From NCBI RefSeq assembly GCF_018977255.1, contig NW_024704743.1, forward strand, positions 57,538,001 through 57,598,000: DNA of 60,000 bases, read 5' to 3'. Within the stretch, counting starts at the first letter, position 1, and every line of letters begins with the position of its first letter. This DNA is from Callorhinchus milii (Eukaryota). The position numbers and the translations under genes were made by a program. Below the pieces are notes generated by a model. The model was not told the DNA's origin, did not search any database, and saw nothing but the letters and a program-made list of their open reading frames with translations. Below are positions 13,149 through 26,945 of this stretch, piece by piece.

Positions 13149-13834
13149 GAATTCAGTTCTAGAGTTGAAGGAAATTGAAGCCTTTTCTTTGTATGTTGCC
13201 TGAGATTCTCAAAGAATGCAATGCAATCACTTTTTCTGAAATGGTGTTGAACAATACAACAGGATATGGATGAGTTCCTGAGCAGTACATCCATTCTTTG
13301 CTTGAGATGTTAAACCGAGGCCTCATCTGCCTGATCAAGTGGATGTTAAAGATTTTATTGCAATCAGATGAATCACCAATTAATCACCAAGTTTGATTTG
13401 GCAAATTTTGTTTATAAAGAGGAATGTGTGAAACATCTAAGATTCAGTTTTTCATGGTGTTGAATGGGTAAACTTACACTGAAGAAAATCTCCCGCTCTG
13501 ACATGTTCTGCTTCAGAGAAAAAAAATCCACACATTTATAAATCAGCACTGGGTAAAAGCTACCAAGTCTTTCACAAATTTCTATTAGAGTAAAGAAGAT
13601 TGAGAGGAAACCTAATCCAAATCTTTTCAATTTGCAATAGGCATAGATAACATAGATGCAACGAGGCTGTATAATGTGAATTAGAAGCACAAAACTGTAG
13701 GCAAAAGCATAAAATTACCCAAGATGTTGGGTTTCCCAAAAGATAAGGAATATCGTATGTGGAATAAACTCCCATCCAAATCAACTAACACTGCTGCTTA
13801 GCTTTTTTTAAAAAGATAACAAAACTCAGGAGGA

Positions 13835-14110
13835 TATTAAAGATCCCATGGCACAATTTGAAAAAAGAGTTTCTTCCAGTGTCCTGGCCAACAATCCCCC
13901 CGCCCCCCCCCCCACCCCTCCACACACCACAAATTGATTATTCCTTTCATGGCTGTTTGTGACACATTGTTGCATGCAAATTTGCTGCACATTCAACTAC
14001 AAAATACACCTATATTTTTACACCTCTCTGTAAAAATCCAATGAAGCACTTTGAGTCGTTTCAACAACTTGATCAGCTGCTATATCAAACGCAAGGATTA
14101 TTAATATTAT
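13835..14110 (+). mobile_element. Deu-domain SINE, 3' half
   Basis: aaagatcccatggcacaatttg..gtcctggccaacaatcccc..tatatcaaacgcaaggattatt. Confidence 0.8.
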
Positions 14111-14199
14111 TTTCTGTCTTTTTTAACTTCTTCAATTATAATCCCATCACTTACCTTTCTCCATTTTGGTTTCCATCCCCTAAAGTCTACTTTTGGAAA

Positions 14200-14715
14200 T
14201 GGAAGTGTTAAGCTTTGATTCGAAATTTAAGTAAGAAGAATTTACCAAGAAAGAGCAGGGGATTGGAATGAGAGAATTTGGTTCCAATGCCTGAGTCAGT
14301 AGTATTTTCAGCTAGATGGGCCAAATGACCTCCAATGCTGCAATTTCAATTATTCTAATATTTCTCACAATTGTAAAATGAGAAAATATTAACACACTGA
14401 GGTAAATCAAGCGCTCCGGGATGCTAATGGCAAGCAAAGCGCTATATAAATGCAAGTTGTTGTTGTAAATGGGAACAATAAAAGCCAAGCAAAGTTAATG
14501 GGAGAGGAGGTGATATTCATGGCCAAATAAATCAGATATACAAAGCAGCTATGCAAATGAGATAAATATAAACAGAGATAAAGATTGAAAACTAACAATA
14601 TAAAAGGATATGGGGAAAAGCAAATGGTAGTTGGACTAAGGACATTTTATAAAGTGTCAGCGCAGACACAATGATCCAAATGGCTGCCTTCTGCATTGAA
14701 AAATTCTATTATTGT
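14200..14715 (+). mobile_element. Two short CR1 3'-end fragments (about 14200-14360 and 14590-14715)
   Basis: gatgggccaaatgacctcc..ttcta and aaaggatatggggaaaagc..aaatggctgccttctgc..ttctatt are typical CR1 3' UTR ends. Confidence 0.6.
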
Positions 14716-15959
14716 GACGTCGCCAATGCTGAGGGATGTAAATGTGCACGTGAAGTGCATACAATCCATCTGTTAGCAACACCTTTTGCATGGTGAGTAC
14801 TATATATTCAAACAAATTAACCCAACCATGGTTTACAAGATAAATTCACACTTGTTAAAAAAAATTGCATGTTTGTTCCACAAGTAGTTAAGTGTATGTT
14901 GTTAACCACAATCACTAACACCCATTTCCTAATGGTAATAATCCTAATGATAATACTGTGCTTGCATTTGATATAATGCCTTTTCATGTCATCGAGAGGA
15001 CTTTTACTGTGAAGTGTAGTAACTGAGTTGCAGTTGATAAGGTTGCTTTGAGTGAAAAAGCTATTCTATATCTGCTCCTAAAAATAAAGTAGATGCGCCT
15101 CTATAGTCATTCAAATCGATATATTATGGTACGGCATGCAATATCTGCAGGGAATTTTAAGGTTATGCATTTGAATTGCACAAAGTATACGAGCACTTTA
15201 AAGCTGTCTGTCACTTGGAAGTTATTTCAATTGATGCTTTTGTCAAACCATCAAAGGACCTCAGTAAATGCACCACCAAAATTCTGAACCGTAGAAAAGC
15301 CAATGGCACCTATTTACATTCCTTGCTCTTTGCAGATGTTAGTGGAAAATAATAAGCAGCATTCCAGAAAAGATCATATAAATTCTGATTGTAAATGCAA
15401 AATCAGTTTTGAAACCTAACAAAGGGATTTTACTGTAAATGCAGCAATGCCGATTACATTCTCTTGCACGATAGAAATGTCAGGTATGTGTCATTGAACA
15501 TTAAGCTATTTAACGTAGCACTTCAGCGACACTAAGTTTTTAATACATTAGTCAGGAGTGAAATTATTACAATTACATGCCCGTTTGTGTTAATATCTTT
15601 TGAAGTTACATTTTCCAGACATAAATGTCAGATTAATGTGTTTCAACTTGCCTTGCAAGCTCTTTAGAAATGTTTTATCTGACTGTCATTCAGGTTCTGA
15701 TTCTTGATAAGCAAAAGCCTGGGGAAGAATGCCCTCAATCTTTTAACGTGTGAGATCAAAACATTCAGATTAACCTTCTTTTAAAACTATATGTTCCTTC
15801 AATAGAAAAAAACAACCATGATACTGCATTTAGCACACTGATGATCAAAAATAAGAAAATAGTATCTGACTGGAAATGAGGAGAATGGAATTTGATCAGT
15901 TTAGTGTTGGAAAATTCTGGGTTCATGAATCGACAGAGAGAGAAAATGCTATACAGACT

Positions 15960-16242
15960 AATAATAATAAATTTTGCATTTGATATTGCACCTTATCGTG
16001 TCATTGAGATATCTCAAAGAGCTTCATGGAATATACTGTAAAATAGATTAACTGTGTATTTTGTAGGCAAAACGTGGCAGCCATTTTGCACACAGAAATG
16101 TCCCATGGACAGCCAAGCAGTGAGTGATCAGCTTTATTTGGGGGATTTGTTGGCTAACACACCGGGAGAAACTCTCTTCTCTTTCAAATAGTGCCATGGA
16201 TCTTTAACATGCACTTGAACAGGCAGAAAGGACCTTGGTTTA
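15960..16242 (-). mobile_element. Deu-domain SINE interrupted by a CR1 (resumes at about 17099)
   Basis: Tail-to-core sequence stops at ggaccttggttta and resumes as atgtttcatccaa after the CR1. Confidence 0.8.
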
Positions 16243-17093
16243 GAATCATAGAATATTACAGCACAGAAGGAGGCCATTCAGCCCACCGTGCCAGCTCTTT
16301 GGAAGAGCTACCCAATCCGTCCGACTCTCCCTCATAATTTTGAACATCTCTATTAAATTTCTCTTTAATCTTCTCTGCTCTAAGGAGAACAATCCCAACT
16401 TTGCTAGATTTTCCCTCATCCCTGGTACCATTCTGGTAAACCTCATCTGCACCTTCTCCAAGGCCTTGATATCCTTCCTAAAGTTTGGTGCTCAGAATTG
16501 GACACAATACTCCAGCTGAGACTTATAAATGTTCAGCAGAACTTCCTTGCTTTTGTATTATATAGCTCGATTTATAAAGCCAATGATCCCATATGCTTTT
16601 TTGACAGCCCTATCAACCTGTCCCGAGTCCTTCAAAGACCTTTATATGTGAACCCCCAGGTCTCTCTGCTCCTGAACCTCATTTAAAATTGTACCATATA
16701 TTGTACATTACCTCTCATTCTTCTTCCCAAAATGCATTACCTCACACTTGTCTGCATTAAATTTCATCTGCCATGTGTCTGCCCATTTCATCAGTCTGTC
16801 TATGTTCGACTGTTACCATCCCCCTCACGTTCCCAAGTTTTGTATTGAGAGCATACTTTAAAATTTTGCTCTCTATACCTAAGTCCAAGTCATTTATGTA
16901 TATCAAAAAGACCAGTGGACCTAATACTGACCCCTAGGGGACACCACTGTATACTTCCTCCAATCTGAAAAACAACCATTCACCACTACCCTCTGGTTTC
17001 TGTCTCCCAGCCAATTTCATTGCTGCCACTATCCCTTTTATCCCATGGGCTTCAATTTTGCTAACTAGTCTATTTTGTGGCACCTTATCAAAT
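16243..17093 (-). mobile_element. CR1 LINE 3' fragment (RT C-terminus and 3' UTR)
   Basis: EKVQMRFTRMVPGMR..KLGLFSLEQRRLKRNLIEMFKIMR; a GVP.GSVLGP motif near 16915-16945; tail ttctatgattcta; flanked by GTTTA direct repeats. Confidence 0.92.
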
Positions 17094-17159
17094 GTTTAAT
17101 GTTTCATCCAATAAAATAACAGTAAAATAACATATTATAGCAATTATAATTATTATATA

Positions 17160-17522
17160 TTGTCTCAAAGCCCTTCACAGGCTATACTGTAAAGTGTGTA
17201 TTTTGTGTACAGCAACGTCTCACAAACAGCTATGGAGTGAGAGACCAGTTTTATTTGGGGGGATTGTTGGCTCGGATACCGAGAGAAACCCCCTTATCTT
17301 TTGGAATAGTGCCATGGCATGCCATACATCCACCTAAATAGGCAGATGGCACCTCGGATTAACGTCTCATCCAAAGGTCAGCACCTCCGACAATGCAACA
17401 AACCCCTAGCACTACATTAGAGGGTCAGCTGTGACGATGTGATTCCAAATCCCAGTGTGGGGCTTGAACCCACAACATTCTGACTCAGAGGCAAGAGTGT
17501 CATCACTGCGCCAGACTGACAC
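17160..17522 (-). mobile_element. Deu-domain tRNA-SINE
   Basis: Head (gtgtcagtctggcgcagtg..ctctgagtcagaatgttgtgggttcaagcccc), core and partial tail. Confidence 0.85.
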
Positions 17523-17879
17523 AGTTATTATTATTATTATAATATTATCATCTTTGGAATCAAACCGATTGCCTGTACCTGGAGATCACAAATGCAGGTT
17601 GACACAGGTCAACGTATTATAGGCCCCCAAAGTATGCATTGGAGTTGGAATTGAATGCTCAGCAAACAATGATGTGCTTCATGTTATTTGAAATGAATGT
17701 TCAGCAAACACCAGCTTGCTTCATGTCGGATATCCGATCCTCCCCACCATCGGTGAATAAGCTTGAGCCATTCTTCCCCTGCTCTCCAGAACTCTGTCAG
17801 AGAGTGCCTCTGCCTTGCTCCCTCCACTCACTCCCCACCAAAATATGCCTTAAATGCCTACCACTATGCTGCAGGACTG

Positions 17880-18243
17880 TGGAGTCCTGTAGCTTAGTAG
17901 TTAGGTCCCCTTGCAAGTAAGAGGACCCAGGTTCGATTCTCGGGCAGGGTGAAACCTTAGGCATGTTTCCTTATTTCACACACCTCTGGTTACCTAGCAG
18001 TGAGTAGGAATTCGGTTGATATTCAATTGGCAGATCGCTTTCTGGGGGTAATAATCACCCCCCAAAAAAGTATGCATTCACTCAATCGACTACTGTTTGT
18101 TGGACACTGCTGTGTGAAATTGGCTGTCACATTTCACCAACAAAATACACAGTCAATCTACTTCACAGAATATTCTGTGAAACGCTTTGAGATGTCTCCA
18201 CAACATGATAAGACACTATATCAAATGCAAGGATTATTATTGT
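17880..18243 (+). mobile_element. tRNA-Ala-headed SINE, long-middle subfamily
   Basis: ggagtcctgtagcttagtagttagg..ggttcgattctcggg..gatcgctttctgggggtaataatc..tgcaaggattatt. Confidence 0.85.
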
Positions 18244-18489
18244 TGTATCTTTTCTACTCTGCTTTTGGCCACTTTTCCTCCCCCCTCAGATTGAGTTCTC
18301 AGTCAGCTGTGTGAAGCCTTTTAAAACATTTTCCTGACTTGAAAGAAGCTATATAAATGTAAATTGTTGAAGCTGAACTGAGTCAGTATCAATTCACCTT
18401 TTGATACCACAACAAATCTGCTATTCAATGTTTTACATTTAACCTCAATTAATCTGATTTGACAGAAGAATATAAATTCCATTGACCAA

Positions 18490-18860
18490 ACAACAATAAC
18501 TTTTATTAGATAACAACAACAATATGAACCCTTCAGACAGGAAGTGTCTCAAAGCACTTAACTCAGAATGTGTGTGTGTGTGGATGGGGGAGGGGGGTGG
18601 TCAGAAGCCAACCAAGGGAGGAGGGGTAGAAGTGACCATAGTTATGGTCAAATAGTATCTTTTAAGGTGGGTTTTAAAGATAGATAGTGAGGGATTGAAG
18701 TGGAGGGACAGAGTCAGGAAGTTCTAGATATTAGGGAATAGTGACTGAAGGGGGTAACAGGCACAGCCCCATGTTACCAAGCAGAGGAGTCAGGATCAAA
18801 AAGATCATACAGATCAAAGAGATAGGGAGATGCTAGGCTGTGAAGGGATTGGATCTCAAA
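18490..18860 (-). mobile_element. Old L2 3' fragment
   Basis: Purine-rich on the + strand with a (caa)n tail and ttttaaggtgggttttaaag, similar to the other L2 3' ends here. Confidence 0.5.
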
Positions 18861-19597
18861 GTGGAAAATAGTCAACAAAGTGTTTTAGTTCAATTTACAG
18901 TGCCCATGCACAAAGTGAGTGATTGAAAATGATGTGACATCCCCCCATGCTCTCCATCACAGTAATAGACAGGGAAATAAGAAATGCTCTAAAAATAGCT
19001 GATAGTTGCCTGCAGTGTCGCCTTTAAGAAACTGACATTCATATAAATTTCGTAAATTCAAACCGAATCAACCACAGATGTCTCAGCTGGGCTTGTTATT
19101 TTATTGGACCTGCTGCAGATTTTCTGGATGACTGATGGTGAATTGCTTGAAATGGAAGGAAAAAAAAGTCTATTTAAAAAAAAGACTACAACTCAAAAAG
19201 TAAATTGATTAAAAGCCGCTAAACTCAGCAAGAATAAATTGTTAACTTAGAGCAAACTTTTACATGGATTCCCAAACCTCTGTGAAGAAACCAAGTTTTT
19301 CACAGGAAAGCCAAAATAAAAAACTTAATCATGAAGACCATATCCTATTTTGGACAGACATAGTAAAATCTTATACTAAGCAGGGGTTGTTTGCAATGAC
19401 AGCTATAATAATAATGACTAGACAAAATACCTTGTCAAGAAAGTATCAACTTCCTTCAAAAAGTAGCTATTTTAGGAAACTCAAATATATTAAGAAAATT
19501 AATATCCATTCATATGTAAAGTGGCAGTGTTATTGGTCTGGCTGACCCATCATTGAAAACCATTTAGAAATGACCTCTACAGAGTGATATCAACTTT

Positions 19598-20083
19598 AAT
19601 AATATAATAATAACCCTTGCATTTGATACAACACCTCATCATTTCAATGAGACATCTCAAAGTGCTTCACAGGAATTTTACTGTGTATTTTGCTGGGCGA
19701 ACGAGGTGACCATTTTGGGCAAACAACATCTCACAAACAGGCATGAAATAAATGTTTTCTGGTGGATTGTTGGCCAGGAAAAATATGTTAATATTAATAA
19801 TAATCCTTGCATTTGATATAGCGCTTTTCACGTCTTCTAGACGTCTCAAAATGCTTCACAGAATATGCTGTAAAGTGAATTGACCGTATATTTGTGGGCG
19901 AAACGCGGCAGCCAATTGTGCACAGCAGTGTCCCACAAACAGTCGTGGATTGAAGTGACCAATTTATTATTGTTTTGTTTTGGAGGGATTATTATTAGGT
20001 GTGTGGAGTAAGGAAGCTTGCCCTACCTGGAATTGAACCCAGGTTGCAAGGCGAGTGCTCTAACCACTGAGCTACAGGACTCC
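19598..20083 (-). mobile_element. Tandem SINEs: an old tail fragment (19598-19778) and a tRNA-Ala SINE (19795-20083)
   Basis: Second copy ends in ctaaccactgagctacaggactcc, the reverse complement of the head; both carry the ccttgcatttgata tail. Confidence 0.85.
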
Positions 20084-23000
20084 TACTGTAATACTGTATC
20101 TTCCACTCTAACAAGTTAGAAACCATGTGGTGAAAAATGTTATATAACGACAGACATTGAGGCAGCCCACAGAACCATTAAACCTGCCACTGCATTTCAG
20201 TATCAGTCTGTATAGCTAATCTCAACTTTTAAGGTATCACTGTATAAATATTTTTTCCACTCACACACCTTTAATTTTCTTTCATAGCTCCTAGGATGGT
20301 TAGCATTGGAAGACTTAACAGGCACAATGCAATGGGGAAAATAAAAGTGAAGCATATAGAATGCATGAGTACTTAAGTTACAGTTCACACCACGAGGCGG
20401 CCAGACACCAGCAATTCAGTCATTTTCCTGAGGGCATTCTGTATAAGACTTGGGACATTGACTGGTTCGGAGCGACCATTCAGGGTCGACCATTTACAGC
20501 TGCAGATGTGAAATGAACAACCTTCAGCGTTTTTCATTAATATACATCAGTAACAGGCAGAACCAGCTGTGCAGCTAATAGGTTTCATCCTCTCTGAGAA
20601 ACACACGGGCTTCCTTCACCCACACTCTATCATTGACTCCTGTTGTGAAATTGTTCCCATTCCTCTCTGGAGAGAATTAATTCCTGAAATATGAGATAAC
20701 CTATGTTTTTACACCCTACTGCTTGCCTGAAGCCATTTTTATTTATTTTGTTCTTTCATGGACGTAATTATCTTTTCTAACTTCTTCCTGAATAAGTGTT
20801 AATTGATCAAGAGAATTGAACTATAAATGTGTGCTTTCATTAGATTAAGTTTATTATTTTCCAGAATCTTAAGTGCAAATTATGCAATAGTATAATGTTT
20901 GTTTCAATTGCACTAGATAATACAGTATTTGCATATCTAAATTGGTTCAACGTAAGCAGGGTTCCCCTACTGTCCTGATGCCTAACTCTTAGACCTGCAG
21001 GTGAATCAAATAGAGGTTCTTTTCCAAACCACCACAACGGTTTTCAACGCATATCCATTCATGAGTTTTGTTTTGCAGTGAATGAACATTCTGGTACTAA
21101 TTCTCTTTCTAACTGATAAATAGGCAGGGAAGCTTAATTAAATCAACAAAAGCACTTAACCAGTTTACAAAATACCAAATGTGCCTCCATGCCCCAATTA
21201 TTTAACCTTTTCTTTTTGAAGATCTGCTCTCTTTCGCTCCTGAAAGCACCGTTTTCTGGGTTTGCTGCCACAGGCACCAACTGGCCTCGAGTACTTATCC
21301 AGGTTTATTCTACATGAATGAAGAAGACAGACAATGGGAGATAAAAAAGTGCGGAGTTACTGAAGGATTGATTAGGAATTTGCAGGAGTAAGTTGTATGA
21401 TCATGAAATACTGCCAGTTACCCGCAGAATTCCCCTCAGTCACTAAGTCGCTCCGAGCAAACATCTGTGTGAACTGACATGTTTTTCATTGTGAGTAGCC
21501 AATTCAATCTTGCAACCTATATAGCTGAGCACACGGTTTGAATGTATGGTGTGTATAGTTTAGTGCTACATCATGCAGTACCTTTACGCACTAGGCCAAT
21601 ATTGAGTGGTCACTTGTTTTTTTTTTACTTGCTTCCAGCAAGTAACTGCAAGGGCAAAGCTAATCTCCAACAGTTTTCAATGCTTTTGGTCTTTAAGATA
21701 TCATGCCACAAAATACATATGGCTGTTGACATGATGACATAGCTGCTCCTTAATTTTACAGTTCATTGTCACAACCCTCCAGTGACACTTACCCTGTGGT
21801 AGTCATTAAAAGGACCTGTCAAAAAACTGGTCTAGGCTATTTCAATGAATACTTTGATTTACTAAAGTCACTCAATGTATGACGTGTATGAGGTGACTCT
21901 AAAGCAAATGGGTTAAAGATTGTTTTCCTATTGAATATTGATATTGAATTTATTCTTTGGAAGCAAGTAAAATATAACTAGATAACCATTCAACGTTAAA
22001 ATAAAAACACTGGCTTGATCTTCCACACAATATTCACCTATACATTTTTCCCACTACTGGCCCCGTCCTAATAGAGCAAGTAAAACACAGAGAAAAAACA
22101 CTCCTGGCCAATTCAGGGGAAAGATGATTTACTGAAAAGTGTCTCCCTAATTCCTGAAGGCAGTCTAGCAACTTACAGGAAAGGTCAAATCCGCACCAAA
22201 GTAAGAGAGTTGCTTGATATAACATTGCATGAGGAATATTTTTTTCAAGCCAAAGTAGTAATCTTTCACTTTCTGTGGCTTGTCACACATGGTCAATGTC
22301 TATTAATTGTTCACTAAATTGGAGTTTGTTAAACTCTAACCATTATTGTTAATTATTAAATATCATATATGTTTTAATTAAAGCACATGTGCCATTCCAA
22401 TGTGAACATCTGCATTTTGCGTGAATACAATATTGTCACTTGTGGGAAAAGGGGTATTCACTGACCAAATGCAGTCTGTATGTTTAAGGTTTTATTGAAC
22501 ACCTCTGTCATTCATTCATTATTTTTGGCATAAAGAACACTTCATGCAATGACAATTTGACAGATGCCTAGGTGAGTGTTGGTTACTGCTGGGGACCAAG
22601 GGCGTTTTCTTATCACATATTACTGGATTCATGCCACAATATGACAGCATATGTCACCATAGACTTTAAAAATCACTGTACGTGTGAGCACAGATATTTT
22701 TGACATGTGGACAGGCTACCTCACAAGCATATACTATGATTGATCTGTCATCGGTGCATATGACCTGGCCTTTCATACCGACCTTTGAGTTTTCACAGAC
22801 ATTTCAGCTGAAATTTAATACATGACGCCAAGTCAGCAGGTGTTTAAACACTGAAAATTGGTTGGAAAGGTTTACTTTTTTTAAAAAATATGCATTTAAT
22901 CATGCCTTTAGTCATTCCTTTCTTCCCCTCCCCCTCCTTTCTCCTACCTGCTCAGGCTCCTACTCCATATGTGCAAAGCTCTTTGAAACATTTAACTACA

Positions 23001-23549
23001 ATGCGTTAAGGTGCAATATAAATCGAAGTTTTCATAAAACATTAATGGAGTTAAAAGGAAATTAAAAAGTCCCCAATGGTCATTTTGAGGAGAGCAAATT
23101 ATTTTCTTGATGCAATGGCTCAATGTTTGGGCTTCAGTGCTAGCACAAATGGATTGCTTTGGTTCAATCATCATATCCCAGCATTTGAATCCTCTCATGT
23201 GGATGTCTTGTGGAAAATGAAACTCCTGTAAGTCAGGTTTTGTTACTAATAATACCAATTACAAACAATGTGAATACAGCAGGTGAATGAGATTACTCAG
23301 GAAGGTTTTACAATCTGTGCAAAATTTCACAGATCTTTTTTTTCCAGTACAGAACTGTTTATGTTATAATGGTAAAAAAAATACATAATTGACCTTTATA
23401 AACAGGTTGGCTGCTAATTTACTCTGAATTTTGGATTGCTTTAAGACCACCATTGATACCTTCTTGTCAAGTATTGGTGTAAGCATGCTACAAACTGATA
23501 AAAGGACCAAATATGTCAATTTGGAAAGCAGATGCAATATATTCCTTCC

Positions 23550-23760
23550 TTGCAGGGTTAACAGGACCTGAACGGGATGACTTCCTGCCCCAATGACTGG
23601 TCTGCCCTTCCAGGCTGGCTGTGCTGTCATCAGCAGTGCCCTGGAATAACTTGGACCCATCTGGCTACCGAGACCGTCACAGAGGCTTGATTTTGACATT
23701 GCGTTGCCAGTTCAGCTCCAAGGATATCTTATCTCACTTATCTCCCACCAAGGAGGATAG
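23550..23760 (-). repeat. Unclassified dispersed repeat, copy Y
   Basis: Reverse complement aligns with 28003-28250 (tatcctccttg, ctgaactg, tcaagcctctgtg, cagggc..gctgatgaca..cctgga). Confidence 0.7.
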
Positions 23761-26592
23761 TCACTAGTTAATTGTTCGACATCTGACAAGCGCGGGTTTG
23801 AGCCCTCACTTGATGAATAGCAGGTACAAGGGACTCCCTGCGAGCTTCCCGGTGGGCAACATATCTCAGCATGAAATGCGTGAGAGCATTCCCACTGTGT
23901 TCCTGTCCGCAGCTCAGGCACATGTCCATTCCCATTGAGCGATGGCTGCACCAGTTGCAGATGCAGAGTTTAAACAGCAGCTGCTTTCCTCTCTGGAGGC
24001 CAATCAAGATGGATTCCAGGCACGAGACGTACAAATATGTGTTCACAAACTCATACTCCAGGTAACGCCTTCCAGCAGCTGTCGGCCCACCCTCAGAATT
24101 TCCTCTTAAAAATGCTTTTTTAATTTTTAAGCATTTGGTGGACATTTGCCTTCAACATGGTGGGAGGACATTTAAGGAATAGACAAGGAGGAGTGTTGAA
24201 AAAGGGACCTTGCTACCGCTGCTAGCAAATTTTGTGAACTAAAGAAAACATCAATTTTCTATGGACAAACATTCATATTTACTTGATATTGACAATCTAA
24301 GGGAATGTTGCTCTGTTTTCAAACGTATATCGTTCATAAGAAGCATTTTTAAGAGAAGCTTTATTGAGATAAGATTGAATTGTTGTTTTAAGACAGCTCA
24401 CCAGCTTGTCTGTTTCAAGACAAAACTATCTCTTCGGAATGTCTGAACCTAATGTTTCACAAGTCATGTTTCTGGATATAATAAAGTTATTACTTGATAC
24501 TCTATAAAAGATGTTCAGATCTCATGAGCAAGTGGAGAACATCCTTCAAAACATATGGAATCATTTGGCAATAAATGTCCATATGATGAACTCCATGGTG
24601 GCTCCTATCCTGCAATGCCTTAGAATTGGGAGATTACATCCTGACATGAAAAGCGCTATATCAAATGCAAGGATTATTATTATTATTATTATTATTACAT
24701 TAAATGTCCCCTGGTATACTTTATCTGATTAACATCCAGATTTTGCCAGGTATCAATGTTTCTCCAGGAACACACTTCACTTTTAATAATCCTGTAATGA
24801 CCAGCTTGTCTGTGCGACTTATGGTCCTTGGTACTCTTGTTTTCCTCCAAACTACTCCTGTGGCATTGTGTACTACTCAAAACAGTGGCGCACTTCTCAA
24901 CTAACGGGAGAAGATGGACACCTTCAACATTGGCACTCAAAGTGAACTGTCTTCCATCAATATGGCAGGAAAGCATGTGGAATAGCCTCAGGCAAAATAT
25001 GGAAGCTATGGAATACATTGCAGTATTCTTGGCTGAGGTACTACTACTACTAATAATCCTTGCATTTTGATATAATACCTTATCAGGTCATTGAGGCATC
25101 TCAAAGTACTTCACAGAATATATTGTAAAGTGGATCGTGTGCAATTTGCAGAGCATTCTGTGAAGTGCTTTGAGACTGTGTATTTTGTGGTCAAAATTTA
25201 GGGTGAGATACTAAGAAACCATTCTTCTCAACTATAATCATGATGCCTATAACCTACCTTGCAAGAATATAAATTACCTCAAGTGTCTTCCCCCCACTCC
25301 TCATCCATGCTTCTGGCTACCATCTCTTATATACGGGTCACATTCACAGTTCAACAACTTCACACTTCAGAGAACCTTGGATGTTACTTTATGATTTTGG
25401 TTGAAAAGTTGCTACTCCTACAACATATTTTATTAGTGTGTGTTATTAAAGTGGTCCTCAAATTCAAATACGCGCTGCATCAAATTAACTGTATCATATT
25501 ACAGTGATGATCACACTGATTGTCATAAGCTGACAATTATATTATTCAAATGGTTTTGGTTATTTATTAGGGAATATTTATATCTGTCTCCATTTGTGTA
25601 ACAACTTCACTGGGTATGGATTGTTGTGATGAATAAATGTGACCTTAATGCTCTCATTGACATAAAATAACATAAATATGTCCACATTTGTAAAATCTGT
25701 ATCACACATCTCCAATGTTCCTGCCTTTCTTAACAGGAAGAGACTATTAGATATATGTTAAACAACATTTACACTTGCATGTTCTGTCAATCTGCTAATG
25801 ATTTTCTTTTCTACTGGAATTGCCCATTATAGTTTGTTTAGGAGCTACGATCTTGGGCTAGATGTGTAATAAAGCTTTATGGTCATCAGGAAACTTTCTG
25901 TAATGTCTTTGGAGTTTCACTTACTGTTCAGAGCATCCATGCAGCAGATTAACAGAGGTTGGAGGTATTTGCTTGTGCAGGACACACAAGCGTGTAAGGA
26001 GGTGAGGCCTGAGAAGATGAAATTTGAATGGAGTTCCCCACAGTGCTAATAAAGTTATATTTCATGGGCAAGGTTGATCAATCTATACTCCAGGTTGATG
26101 AACTTCCTGACATTTGTATAGTTGCCAGGTGCTGCTTTTTTCAGCTTACCAGCTACTCCATCAGTGATCCTTTGCATGCCATTCTGTAATCGCCTGCACC
26201 TCTTGCCACTTGCTGGATGGTTGTAGAGCAGTTTTGCATCTCCCAAGAATATCTAAGTGCAATTGAATTGGCGCAAACCATCTTAATTGGCATTGTGCTT
26301 TCTCCCACAAATATGCAGTCAATTTACTTTACAGTATATTGTGTGAAGCACTTTGAGACGTCTAGAAGATGTGATAAGGCGCTATATCAAATACAAGTAT
26401 TATTATTAACTCTTTCAATGTTCGTCTCACAGAAGTTCAAGCCCAAATGAATGCTTATTTCTTTATTCTATTATGGGATTAGCCTGATGCACCACTATGG
26501 TGCATCAGGCAAAGACTATGGTCTTTATTTGGCCTTTACATTCCCATGTTGTCCATTTCCTACCAAAATAAAAACAAGAAATATTGGAGAAG

Positions 26593-26945
26593 TAATAATA
26601 ATAATTATCCTTGCATTTAATATAGAGCCTTATCACGTCAAAGCACTTCACAATATGCTGTAAAGTGAATTGACTGCATATTTTGTGGGCGAAATGCGGC
26701 AGCCAATTGTGCATAGTAGTGTCCCACAAACGGTCATGGATTGAATGACCAAATTTTTTTTTAAATTCTTTTTTTCTGAAGGGATTACTACCCCGGAAAA
26801 GCGATCCCCCAATCAACTAACAGCTGGGTTCCATTTTACCACTCAGTAAACAGAGGTGGTTGGAGTAAGGAAACTTGCCTAATGTTTCAAACCCCGGTCC
26901 TCTCGCTTGCGAGGCAAGTGCTGTAACCACTATGCTACAGAACTT
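26593..26945 (-). mobile_element. tRNA-Ala-headed SINE, long-middle subfamily
   Basis: Reverse complement has head, gatcgcttttccggggtagtaatccc middle and tail. Confidence 0.85.

Noticed and set aside
23610..23640. Hammerhead ribozyme or C-box in the CTGATGA motif of the unclassified repeat
   Set aside because: CTGATGA is present in all three copies, but the required GAAA and stems I/III are not (GAAG, GATC or GCTC follow), and no D-box pairing is evident.
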